DNA of 64,000 nt, taken from Convolutriloba macropyga (Eukaryota). Each line of letters starts with the position of its first letter. Position 1 is the stretch's first letter. Where the stretch lies: positions 60,264,001 to 60,328,000 of the forward strand of contig NC_134474.1 in NCBI RefSeq assembly GCF_964194025.1, read 5' to 3'. Under the pieces are notes generated by a model. That model saw only the letters and a program-made list of their open reading frames with translations. It did no database searches and was not told where the DNA came from. The position numbers and the translations under genes are program-made. This document shows positions 50,442-63,140 of the stretch, piece after piece.

Positions 50442-52802
50442 TAGAGCAACATCATTAGATTCAGTCCTCAGAACTTACAAGACAAATGAGACTAAAAGAT
50501 TTTTCCCCTATGAATGGTGCGACTCACCAAACAAACTGGATGCAACTTTCCTTCCCCTTTAGGAATGTTTCTTCAGTAAGTTGAGAGACCACAATCCCGT
50601 GGAGAAAAAATTCACAGATTTCACAAATTTGTTGAAAAGTGAACTTTTCCAACAAGAGGCTCTGAAAAAATTTAGGTTGAAGGAAGTACCCCTCTCGGGA
50701 GTTGAAAACTACAGTTTATTGAAAAGTGTGTGGGAGCAGGAACAAATGACAATTTTTCAAGACTTTGTAAGGTGGTATAACACTGAGGATGTTGTCCCGA
50801 CACTAGAGCCGATGCGGAAAATGATGGAATTTTATCATAACAAAGGAATTGATGTGTTAAATCTAGGTTGCACACTACCTAATTTGGCAAAAATTTGTCT
50901 ACAACAATCAACTAATAAAAAAAATCTATCCTTTCGTTGAAGCAGACAAAGATTTAGATAATAAAATACGCGAAGCTATGACGGTCGGTCCTTCTATTGT
51001 CTTTAATTTTAAAGTGGTTGTGGCTCAAACATATAATCGAAACCCAGAAAAAATTGCAAATCAATTGTGGGTATAGACACCAGTCAACTTTAACTCTTCT
51101 CAATGTGTCAAGAAATGCCCACTGAGCTTTATACTAGATTGGAATTTTTCAGAATTTCAGAAGTTTAAAACTAGGCAAAATAAATCGAGGAAATTTGAGA
51201 ACATGGCTATATCTACTCTACAATCTCAGCGTCCTAACTGCATTATTGAAAGTTACTACACAACTGGAACTCAAAAATGATTGATTGTTTTAATGTAGAC
51301 GGATTTTGTGCTCACTGTAAAACAATATTTGAAGCAATTTGGCAATTTGTCGTTATATTCAATTTTGTTCATGTCAGGAAGCAGAAGAAAGTATATCAGA
51401 GGAAGAGACCCAGAGAGGACTCAAGCAACGAGAATAAGACAAAGTGAGACGAGACGATTTGTGGAACAAAGGATATAAAATTATTGAGATATGGGAATAT
51501 AAACTGTAGAAAACTCTCAAAGATCAAGAATTTGTAAAAGTTCGCGTTAGAAACAATTTCCTTTTTGAGCTACCTCTTACGCAAGAATCTCTACTCGCTG
51601 AGATAAAAGAAGAAAAAAAACTTGGTTACGTCTAGCGTGATCTCGGAGTTCCAGAAGGGTCGAAACACAAGTTATCAAAACTTCCACCAATATTTAAAGA
51701 ATTCATTGTTAGTCGAGCAGATATGGGTGTTTTAATGAGGGACGATGCAATTGATAATGATGTACTGAAGCGACCGCAACGCATGCTGATTTCAAGTTTC
51801 AAGTTGGAGAATGGAACAGCCATAAAACGTTTACTCAACTTTTAACTTAGTCTTGGGCTGAAATGCAGAAAAGTTTATCGCTTCGTTCAGTTCACACCCA
51901 AAAAAGCTTCAACAATTTTGTCGAGTCAGTTGTTGATGCTAGAAGAGCTGGAGAAAAAAATTTTGAATCAAACGTTGTAGCAGAAACAATGAAATGGTTA
52001 GGGAACAGTTCCTATGGCTACCAAATCAAGAGGATAAGCAGACATCCATTGACAAAATACCTGTACGATAAAAACACACATAAAGCTATCAACGAGAAGT
52101 TGTTTATGAGACTTAACAATGTTTCGAAGGAATTATACAAAATTAATCTTGTAAAATCAAAAATTGAGCACCGCGAACCGTTAATAGTCGAATTTTTTAT
52201 TCTTCATTACGCAAAATTACGTATGTTTTATTACAACTGTTTTAATAAATTTTGCAACGAGGACTCCATCGAAGAGTTAGAATTGGACACTGACTCCTTA
52301 CACTTAGTCCTAGCACACGACATTTTGTACAATTGCATTCGTCCATCTAAAAAAGCATAGTGGGAAGCTCTTAGGTAATACGATTGTGACGATTCATTCA
52401 AAGCTGTTGTTGTACAAAATTTCTTTCTCAGAAGTTGTTCTGATAAACATAAAAAGCATGATAATCGTGATCCAGGTTTGCTCATGGAAAAGCTTAGAGG
52501 TTTTGAAATGATTTGTCTTTGTGGCAAAAATTATTGTTGCCACGATACCAAATCGGTTAAATACAAATTCAGCAGCAAAGGACTAAATAAACAAACATTG
52601 GATGAGACCGGAGATGGACCATTGGAAAAGTATCGGCGAATGATGGAGGAAATTATGAATACAATATCTACAAATAGGGGATTTCGGACAATCAAACAGT
52701 GCGTTGCTATATTTGAACGAAAAAAAAAGAAAGAATTTTCATAGTTTTATCCTACACGAAAAGTGTTATCTGATGGATTTCATACAGTACTCCTGAACCT
52801 TT
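50442..52802 (+). pseudogene. Duplicate of the pPolB C-terminal half
   Basis: Colinear with 46543-48852 (agagcaacatcattagattca start, KWLGNSSYG, LDTDSL, KFSSKG). Confidence 0.93.
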
Positions 52803-52949
52803 AAACTACCTAATTGCTTTTCATATTGTGAGAGCTCTCTGTTGTAATTAAAAAAAACTTATAATATTCTTGAATTATACGATGTTTGTCTTTTTGTACT
52901 TTCATAATTCATTCTCTTAAAAATTTTCAATATTCTCCATTTTTTAGAG

Positions 52950-53861
52950 GCTTTAGCTAATTTTATTACATTGCTGCGAGTATACCTAATCTTAAAACAT
53001 TGTGGTGGCTATAAATAATCTTTATACATTGCGGTGGATCCTTTATCATCTTTACGCATCTTTTATCACACTTACACTCTTCAAAGTTCTAAAAGTAAAA
53101 ACTGTAACGAGAACATTTAACAGATCCAAACTGTCAATCAATTTTTTTGTGTACTCCCTTCAAGTAAATGTTTTCAAAATGTAGAGTGATCTGAAGATGT
53201 GTAAACATATGTGACGTCTTGCTAAACAAACAAATGCGAGAGATCTTTTGTACCCCTCCTCGCAACTTGACCACTTGAGTGTTCAAAACAGTGAGATTGA
53301 TCGGAATGTGTGAGAACATTTCTCTGGCAACATCTGTAAACAAACATCACTAAATAAACAAACAGATTTAGCATTCAATTTTATCTCTCCTTTCGATAAG
53401 ATTTCATCTACAGTGTTTACTACACTAAACTTCTCGACAAATCAGAATGCCCCTCTAAAACACCGACATATATGCTCGCTATATACTACTAGGGCAATAC
53501 CTAATTTTAATACGTTGCGGAGGCTGTTGCTAATCTTAATACGTGGCAGCGGCTGTTCCTAATCCTAATAAGTTGCGGCGGCTACTCCTAATCTTTATAC
53601 GTGGCGGCGGCTATTACTAATCTTAATACGTGGCAGCGGCTATTCCTAATCTTAATAGGTGGCAGCGGCTCTTTCTAATCTTAATACGTCGCTGCTCTAC
53701 ATAACCTTAATACATGGGAACTATCTTAATGCATGTAGGCGGCCCATACTTTATCTTATAAATTAGAGTAGACCCGCTCAAAAATATACTCATATATCCT
53801 ATCTTAATACGTGGGGTCTACACCCCCCACTCCGTGGAGCCTTGCTCACCCTATTACTACA
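52950..53861 (-). repeat. Polinton right terminal inverted repeat
   Basis: Reverse complement of the left TIR, ending ccttgctcaccctattactac. Confidence 0.92.
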
Positions 53862-55100
53862 AGTTTATTTTGAAATTAATCACAAGTGACCAGTAAAACG
53901 ACTGGCACACATAAGTATCCCTAGCAACGTTTATACATAACACATTTTACATTTCATCAATTGCTTGTTGTCATAGTGCCGTATTTCATAACGAGAGCCT
54001 AAATAGCCGTATGATCTACGATTTTTGGTCAAATAAATGGAATCAGCAACAACAAACTCTGATTATGTATCAGCATTACAGGATGCCATGTTAGAAAAGT
54101 TCAAAGAGACGAAAAGCAAGTTAATTGCATCGTACCAGCAATACCGAAAATACTACGCCCAAAAAACTAGCGCATAATCTCTCAAAATTCACAAAAACTG
54201 CCTGCTTCTCATCCCAAAACTCGCAACACAATCAGATTTGGCTAGTAAGTCAGTATCAATTTGGTTACCATTGTATCGAGTTGAAAAACTTCAAACAAAT
54301 CCGAACTACCTCATTCGCAAAATTCTAACTTCATCCAATGCGTACACAGACTTCATCTCCGCTCAGTCAAACCAAACGAAGTACCCGATGATTTAGAACA
54401 AATTGAGCCACAAAATTTTGAAACAATCAAAGCTTCACAAAATACAGTAGTGAGCCAACAATATTCGATGAATGCTTATTTATCAAGTTCACTCACCATC
54501 AATAAAAAATTGGTCCAGCACCCTCAAAAAGTAGTCTTGCAATGCCTATTGGACGAGCCGGAGAAGGCTGCACCAGCAATAGCAGTACTACCTGCGCCAG
54601 TGATGGTGCGACCAGTACGAGCACAAGTGATGTCGCCCCCTTTATTACCCCACGGAATACAGGAACCAGTAGAATCAGGCATTCAACCAGCCGAGGAGAC
54701 AATTGAAGAAGACAATGATGTTGAAAGCAACGAAGCTGAGTTAGCAGACTATGACCTGTTCAACAATCAATTAACTCGACAGAATGAACAGCGGGCTGAC
54801 AACTTGGAAGACCTTAGCTCGGAAAACTTGTTTTAAGAACAAACACCTGATAATCAACTAATCTCTCAGACTAATATCACCAGTTGAACCCATCTATTAT
54901 CCTAGAACAGAAATGAGAACGAATAGTGGACACGAACTGGCGCCACAAGCATTCAAGGACAAAAGTACGCTCAAAAAAGAAAAAAGTTTAGCTATAAGAA
55001 CAATTTGCACGATATCAAGTCTTCGCCGAATGAACGATATCCTTCAGAGTTGAAGCAGAACAGCAAAAGGAAAACAAACGGACGACGGAAATAATGTAAT
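53862..55100 (+). mobile_element. Gypsy integrase C-terminal half and acidic tail (continuation of the element interrupted at 29750)
   Basis: ILKLITSDQ*NDWHT*VSLATFIHNT, QYRKYY, WLPLYRVEK..TNPNYLIRK, plus acidic Pro-rich ORF 54450..54836. Confidence 0.85.
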
Positions 55101-57309
55101 CGACCGTTAAAAAATTTTTTTATGTTCTTAGAAATATCTTGCAACATTCCGGAACTTTTGCTCATTGCGTGTCCAGCAAGTTGAAAATGGGAAAATGACT
55201 AGCGCTTAAGATTAACGGTACCTAGTACAAAATGTATCAAACCTGTAAATTACAGAGCTATGTACCGATTGGATCTTCAGTTTCTTACTTTGTACGACAC
55301 GAGGACAAACATCTCTTTAACATAGTCACAAACAAAGATTCTTAGACAAAATATCATACTACTCACTATCGTGCAGTTTCCGTTTATACTTAAAACAAAA
55401 AAATGCTGCGAAATGGATAACGTAAATTACGTTATCAAAACTTGGATGCCGACTCGACGGACTAAATTGTGATAAAGTCTTTCGTATGATCGAGGCCAAA
55501 TTTGCTAATCAAGTGTCATCGTTAACATCTAGGTTTGATTAACAAGGATGGAGTCAAATCGAACCCGACAGTCAATCACTGGAGGAATTTGCAGATGAAT
55601 TCAACAAAAAGATTAAAACCTGTTTGATTTTGAACGCTTGTTATTATTATCAATACGGATGATTTTAATGGTGATGATTGATCAACAGTTGTCTTTGAAG
55701 AGAATTTGAGAGTATCAATCTTTTACTAAAACCTATACCAAATCCCCAAGGAGTCAGTGCAAGAGCTACAATTCCATTTGTGCCAATGAGTGAAAATTGG
55801 GATTGTTTATCTCGCAAACATTTCAACAACATTAGTACTTTAACAACTTGCGGAAACTGAAACCTATTACAGCTTACACTCAGAAAACTTTTACGACTGT
55901 GGATATGCATGAAGTTACATTAGCAGTGCCTATGGAAACGTACACTCATGAAGAAAAGCGAAAAAATTGACAAAATCGAGAAATTGATATTTCAAACTGA
56001 AATTTGACTTTAATTTGACTCGGATTTTGCCGACAACGTGGGGGTTTTGATTGTTTTTTGGATGGCATTTTCAACGAAATTGTTGGTTTGGCCAAATTCC
56101 GACAAAAATTTTAGCCAAGAACGCGTATGCGAAAGCTAAAAAATAACTCAAAATTGATGTTTTAGTTTCTTGTTCTTGGAAAAAAAATTTACCATATTAG
56201 CCGAAAGTACTTGCTCACCAATCTTCGGACAATTTTCGCCAGAAACAATAATTAAGACATGAGAGAAACAACATTATCTCAAAAAACTGCATAAATGATT
56301 GATAGACAAATGACTACAGCTATGAGAACGGCAGTTGATCCGATTAAAAAGTTAAAAGTTTTTGAGTCTTTCATGGAGCCTCATACTCCGGATTGCTAAC
56401 GGTCCGATTTTCAACGGTAACCGGCGTACTAGAAAAAAAACAATAACTTAATCAGTGTCAAAACAAGAAAAATCTACAGAAAAAAGTCCAGATTTTACAT
56501 ACCTGTCGAGATATTCTGAAATTGCTGTATTGAGAAAGCCTATCCACAGGACAGAAATGCGAATTTCTGTTCAATTGGATAACAAATTCTCTGGACATAG
56601 CATTTTTTTTGTTCTCCGTTACACCCCAAAATTGAATTTGCAGCAGAAAACTTGTCCATGTAGCAATCAGGACAAGATCACAGGAATCTAAACAGAGTGA
56701 ATTCTTTTAGAATGAACGTGGGACTTAAAGTTACAAATTATAAGAGAATATATTACGTTGAAACGAAACGTAAGAGATTTTGCACTAAATCCTTGACATT
56801 TTTAGAGACTTCTATTCATAAAAGCAGGAATGACATGGACACGGAGCCTAGAGCAGAGTATGGCTACTTGCTTCATTGATATGTGCCGCTTGCAACACAA
56901 TGGTGGTCTCCTTAGTGATTGGCATCTTAACACCTTTCGTGTTATAAATGAGTTTGCCACCTTACAATCGATTCGAGCGGGCACGATTGTGTAGAATCTT
57001 CAACAAGCTAGCATCTGGCATATACATCTTCCTGAATTCACTTGAATTGTTCAAGAAGCCCACAGAAGCTGTATACAGATTCCGTTCTATTAGATCTGAA
57101 AGGTTAACCAATTTTTCACTTCCATTGCAGGATCACCAGAATTGTTCACAAAAAGTTATATGATGTACTTGGAATAAAACATATGAGACTACTATTTTCA
57201 AAATCTACACAGTTTGCTATCTAGCCCCACTAATAATTCGTGTTCTCGATCAGTCAGTGGTCAGCTTTCAAGAACAATAATCAATTTTGTTTAAAGGTAA
57301 ACATTTACA

Positions 57310-59780
57310 ATGTCAACATACAATTTGATGATACCTATTTGCTATGACATTGTTTTACATTTCTCATCACAAGTTCAAAAACAAGCTTTTTTAACTGTAT
57401 CAGAAAGTTCCAAGGATTGGGAAAACCTCTGACATTTAATTTGCACTCACTTTAGCGAAGTTCAAGAACCCCGATTTACTCTACTGCTGAATTTCCAACT
57501 CAAACAAACGAACGATACTAAATTTCAAGTAAACAAGCGATCATCGCAATCTTTCATACAATTTATACAAAGTGATGCACACAGAAGCCAGTATCAAATT
57601 CTGAAGAACCACTTTAAACTAAACAGCTAGAAAACAACGCAGTCAAACGAATAAATGAATTTCAGGCTCATTATCGTCGTTCTTAAGTCTTTAATGCTGA
57701 ATTTTTTATCACGAACAGAAGCAACAGATAGGTATTGCAAAGTTCTGAGAAGTAGAATTTTTATTACAAGGAATCCAAAAGTATTCTTGCTGAAAAATTT
57801 GTAAATATCAAGTTTCTAATCAATTTCCTCAAATACAACTTCGAATTGAAAGCCGAAAATGCGGGACTGCTACATAAACTATGAGGCAAATAGAGAGTTT
57901 GATGGGAATTTTTGCCAATTGGTTTTACTCTACCTGTTAATGCAACAGACGATACTTGAGATCTAATTTGAGACCGCTCGACCATCGCCGGAGTTAGATT
58001 ATTTGGTCCACGAGTTCTACTGACAGCCATTGGAGGAAGCTGTCTTCGCCTGATTCAAAAATTTTAGGAATTTTTGGATTATGCGAAAACAAATCAAAAG
58101 CAAATGCAGAAAATGTTGAGCGAATGCAAGGTTATGCAATGGCACTAACTGATTATGTCAAAGAAAATAAAGACAAAATGAACGAAATTTTTTTTCTAGT
58201 TACAAAAGAAATAGCTGGAAATGGACGCGTAGGACAAACTGATGGCTCAAAACCAGAATAAGAATTGAAAAAACAAAGAGGAACAATTTCAATCCAAACA
58301 AAGTAATTTTCACATCCTTGGAGATTGCAAGCAAACTTCATACTCTAATCAACAACTAATATTAAATCCTGACACCATGGTTTCACTTTTTAAGACGTGC
58401 TGACGTAAAGAGCTACACAACCGCGCTTTATGCCCTCAAAAACAATCTTTCGAGCTCGTTGTCCACATTGCAGGATCAGAGACTGAAAATATCTTTGATG
58501 CCAAACAAATCACTGCTCGATGTCTTGAACTCAGTATATAATAGACAAATTAATTCACCAGACATATTGAGCCTAGCAATATCAACAAAAGAGCTTGACT
58601 CATGTTACGACTCAAAGTTGTTACGAGTTGGAGCAACAATCCCAGTAGGTTTGCTGTTGACCCTTGCGATACCACTTGATTCCAGCTAGAGAGCCCTTCA
58701 GATCTACAAAGAGGCGACCGTGCCTATGCCGCAGCCTTACCCAAAGGAAGCCCTTCAGTAGTCAGTAGAAGGGCAATATCTTGTGATCTCAGAAGGTTCT
58801 ATGGAGTATTCTTTTCTAACAAAAGAGCAGTTGTTTGACAGTTGCGTCGGCTTCTCAATAGTTTTTCACCACATGATGAAGACACATCCAAAACCAAGAA
58901 TCTTGTTTATAGAATCTTGTTGCTGACATCTGCATCAGACTTTTTTACCTTACGTGAGTACAGCCTCAATCAGATGAATGCTGCAAAATGCAAAAAACTT
59001 CTCAGATGTAACATCTGCATCCTTACTTTAGATTGCGGAACAAAATTAATTTCGAAACAGATCGAAATTAGGCCAGATTTAAATACATGCAACAAAATCA
59101 AAGTTCCTAGGATAAAATTTTCTCTACCAAACCCACTTCAAAGCATGCTGTCTGAGTTACGTTAACTTGACTGCTTCCTGACTTCAAATTCAAAATCGAT
59201 GCGGGGATAAACGAGACGTTCAGACAAAGTTGAGAGATGGCCCCCGACTTTCTAACACCGATTAGCTTGACGTAATCGCCGAGCCGATAGACTACGATAT
59301 GCGTCTTCTTAAACCAGCTCGTACATCGAGACTGGAAACTAATTTGCCGCTGAGACTTTCACTTATTCTTACTGTTATAGTTTTTTGCGGAAATATTTTT
59401 TTGTATACCTTGTTCACGGTTTTTTACCGAATATTCAAAGCAATGCGAGACCTCATACTAAGATTTCTAAAAACACAGCATGGCGACCTTCAACTGAGAA
59501 TTGTAATCCGTGTCAGTCCGGATAAAACTGATATCAAAGATAAATAGCAGAAAAAATGGAGGCACGCAGAGATACAGCTGAAACGACAGTCCATGAATGG
59601 GAAGAGGAAACCCATGAACCCCTGAAAGGAACTGAATTAGTTAGACGCGATTCCGTTGTCAGTTTACGCAAAACTTTCAGCGGGGACTTAGAACTGGTTC
59701 CGACGAATGAAGGACCACTCGGGATAATAAAAGGTCCAATCCCAAAAACTGCAGCACATGCTACCATTCTTGACACTAAT
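57310..59780 (+). pseudogene. env-like class I viral fusion glycoprotein (F-like) of the gypsy element
   Basis: Gly-rich fusion-peptide-like STIAGVRLFGPRVLLTAIGGSC../LGIFGLC is followed by a heptad region (ENKSKANAENVERMQGYAMALTDYVKE..NEIFFLVTKEIA). Then come GLLLTLAIPL...VPMPQP, a Cys-rich CNICILTLDCG...TC segment, a TM helix LSLILTVIVFCGNIFLYTLFTVFY and a cytoplasmic tail. Confidence 0.72.
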
Positions 59781-60319
59781 GTTCATCGTAATCGAAAAGT
59801 TATAAAATTATATTTTTGCCAAAAAAAACTCATATTGGAATCATTAATCAGCCTCTTTGATTGATTGGTACATAAAGTGGCTACTTCAATTTGAATAAGT
59901 CAAAATGATAAATCACTATCTATCTAGAGTTATGATTTTTGTATCTGGATTTTTAGTCGTGATTAATTATTATATCCAAAGCGCTTACGGAGCCTACTAA
60001 TATATTGTTTTTATTTTCTATGCTCAAAAAACAAAACCTAATAACTGGAGCTAACTTTATTTGTCACGATTATAACAGGAAATCACTCTTTACCTTTAAA
60101 CGTCTTTAAAGCGATTTCTTTCGGCAAGAAATTTGAAAAAAGGTAGTCTGACCTGCTTGAAAGTTACGTAATATCATAAACGCAGTAATGTTGTTATATA
60201 ATTTCTGTTCACCAAAAGTATACTACAAACAACTAATTGCGACGTCAATTTATCTGCAATTCGACATACATTTCTTTCAGATGGAACTAATTCAAAAAAC
60301 TAGATACTTTATAGAAGAT

Positions 60320-60439
60320 GGGTCTTTCCCATTATAGACCCCCCAAGAAATTATAGACCCCATTATGGTATAATTACACTTATAGTGGGCTATAGGCTTT
60401 CTGACCACTAAGCTGGGGGGCTATAATGGCAAAGAACCC
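60320..60439. mobile_element. MITE-like foldback element, same family as 14518-14647, opposite orientation
   Basis: gggtctttcccattatagaccccc...ccactaagctggggggctataatggcaaagaaccc. Confidence 0.75.
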
Positions 60440-62104
60440 ATCTTTTCTTCCGATTAATTCAGACGAATCCAAGAAAAATCACAAAATCAAGGACGGAGGA
60501 ACACTTCCTGTCTATATTGCTAACACAGCGAAACTCAACTTTCGAAATATGAGTTGGTTGAAGTCGATCAAAAAGTCATGTTCAAGAACAAATGGGCAAA
60601 AATGTTCGAGCCAAAATTTTGCATATACATTAACAAACATTCAAAATAGTTGCTTCAAATTTCACTCGTGAGCAAATAAAACACCGTACAAAACGGATTT
60701 TGTCGAGTTCATATAATCAAAGAAAAGTTTCTAATTTTTCTCTCTTTAATAGAAAACTTAAGGTTTTTTTCTGAAATTTAAATCAGATTACGTAATCACT
60801 CATCAGGATTTCAATTCGCTAAAACATTTTTGAAATTACGACAACAAAGTCAGCAATTCTACCTAAAATTGTTTCAGATGCAAATAATGAAAAGGAGCTA
60901 TGGTCTACCCAGCGGAAAAATTGCATCGCAGATGTGATGCCAATGTTGAAGTGCTATCAAACCAAAAAAAAAAAAATCAGATGGTTTGCAACAGCTATCC
61001 CTGGACTTTTCGTTGATCCTATATAAAAGACTGCTCAAAATCATCCGATAACAAGTTAGCACTTCAATACAGAAAACCCCCAATCATTATCATGACATGA
61101 TCAATAATAGCATCACCGCTCTCAAAAGGAACTGGTGACTATCGAGTAAAATATTGTGCTTTAGGTCACACAAAAAATTTGTGAACAGCCTAAGGAGCAT
61201 CAACCAAATGAATTAAATTGAGGCATTGTTTACATCAGAAGACAAGGACGCTTTTTCTCCCAGCAAAACTTCGTTACACTTATTATCCTGATTTCAGATG
61301 TTATCAAAACTTTCATGGCAAAGCCCAAAGCAAAAATCCAACGACTGTACAAAAATTTTTACCTCAAGTCCAACCAAATACAGATATTTATCCGAGACAA
61401 AAAAACATAAGAAACAGAAGTAACGGGTAAAAGTAGCAGATTTGGTGAAAACCAAACAAGAAATTCCTGAGCAAGAAAGAGGACAAGAAATGTTTAAGTC
61501 AGCGATAGTTCACATTTGATTGGTTTTTGCTTTTCCAGTTTTTTTCGTGTGCTATTGATTCGTTTACTGTAACTATAGATTCTTGGGGGCTTTGTGGCTA
61601 TCTTGGAAGCGCAATGGCATGGAAACTTATCAAGGGTTAAATCAAAGTATCTCAGAAACTACAAACCGACTTCTTACTAATCTTGAATTTACAACCTAAT
61701 CGATCTATGGGATTGTCCTCCGTAGCTTAAGAGCAAGAATAAAAAGAGCAAGAACCCTCTTCTTATAGGGAAAGAATAAAAAATCCAATGCATCAGCCTG
61801 AGGTCCCGAAGGTCTTTGTGGCCACCTCGGAAGCACAGCTTCTGGTTATTTTGGACAAGCATCAATATGACTATTGAAAAGTATTTCTTTCTCGTTTACG
61901 CTACCATGCAACTACCCATTATTCTCAAAAAATGTGACTAAAGAGCGCAAGAAAGCGGTCCCCGAATCGCAGCCTAAAAAGCAGCTGAATTTCAGCTCCT
62001 CAAATCGTATGGATTTGAAAACTCGTATGGATTTGAATTTGCGTTGCTTTTACTGAAAAATATCTTTGCTGAAATAGAAGTAAGTCAAAGCATTCAAGCT
62101 TTTT

Positions 62105-62630
62105 CCCGGGTCGCCGCTTCCTTGGTTCCATACAAGGATCATATATGATGTCATACAAATCATAACGTATTTCCTAGTACGATCCTTGCATGGAACCAAG
62201 GAAATCATATATGATCCTTGCATGGAACCAAGGAAACCATATATGATCCTTGCATGGAACCAAGGAAATCATATATGATTCTTTGATGAAACCTAGGAAG
62301 TCATATATGATTCTTTGATGAAACCTAGGAAATCATATATGATTCCTGAATGAAATCCGGGAAACCATATATGATCCTTGTACGAAATTGAAGAAATCCT
62401 ATATGATCCTTGTAAGAAATCAAAGATATCATAAAGGTTCCAATACGACGAGGAAGTAGTTGTTAGTCCTTGTATTACTAGCAAATGCTAAGCAAGATCA
62501 GCTAGGCTTTCATTTTCGTGCTAGGGAAAACTTCAATTTCCTCGATTTCATATAAGGATCATATATGATTTCCCTGATTTCGTACAAGGATCATATAGGT
62601 TTTCCTGGGTTTCATACAAGGATCATAAAA
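62105..62630. repeat. Terminal and subterminal repeat array of a CACTA/Mirage-like DNA transposon
   Basis: Begins CCCGGG, then ~30-bp units (atatatgatccttgcatggaaccaaggaaatc) in direct and inverted orientation, downstream of the transposase. Confidence 0.7.
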
Positions 62631-63140
62631 GATGTTTTAGTTTGTGAGCAGTCTCGTTCTTACTGGAAGCCGAAAAAAAAACTTTCTGAGGAATATTCAA
62701 TCACATGACAAGAAAACAACCCGCTGTGAAGTTAAACATAACAACTTCACAATGTAGTGAAATTAATTAAATCTTTAGCGCAGTTGCTCAAAATCTCAAC
62801 GAAAAATTCACAAAGGAGACACCAGAAGTCAAAAAAATTAAAATGATTTCTGTTCTTTCTAATTGGCAAACGTAACAATAAAAATTGTGCAAACATTTAC
62901 TTCATTGGCACATAAGATCACAAGCAATTGTTATGATATTAGCATCTTCATACTTTAAATACTTGTATCTCATATCTAACACTTTTGAGTTTTTAATCAA
63001 CAAAAACCATTGAAAACACACGAATTAATGGAAGACCTGGGTCCTGGGTTTTTACAAAAATCATAGAAGAAGTTTTAGTTTAGTGACCAGTCTCGTTCTT
63101 ACTAGAAGCCAAAAAACTAACTATCAAACCAATAATCAGA

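Larger units (their letters stand above)
29751..53861. mobile_element. Polinton/Maverick (adintovirus-like) endogenous virus-transposon, decayed, with internal duplications
   Basis: Starts AGTAGTAATAGGGTGAGCAAGGCTCC (29751) and ends GGAGCCTTGCTCACCCTATTACTAC(a) (53861). It has ~800-bp TIRs and encodes pPolB, rve integrase, ATPase, MCP, mCP and protease. The two flanks rejoin into a continuous gypsy integrase frame. Confidence 0.96.

Noticed and set aside
62120-62630. ~30-bp palindromic repeats resembling CRISPR repeats
   Set aside because: No spacers, mixed orientation, and adjacent to a CACTA-type transposase.
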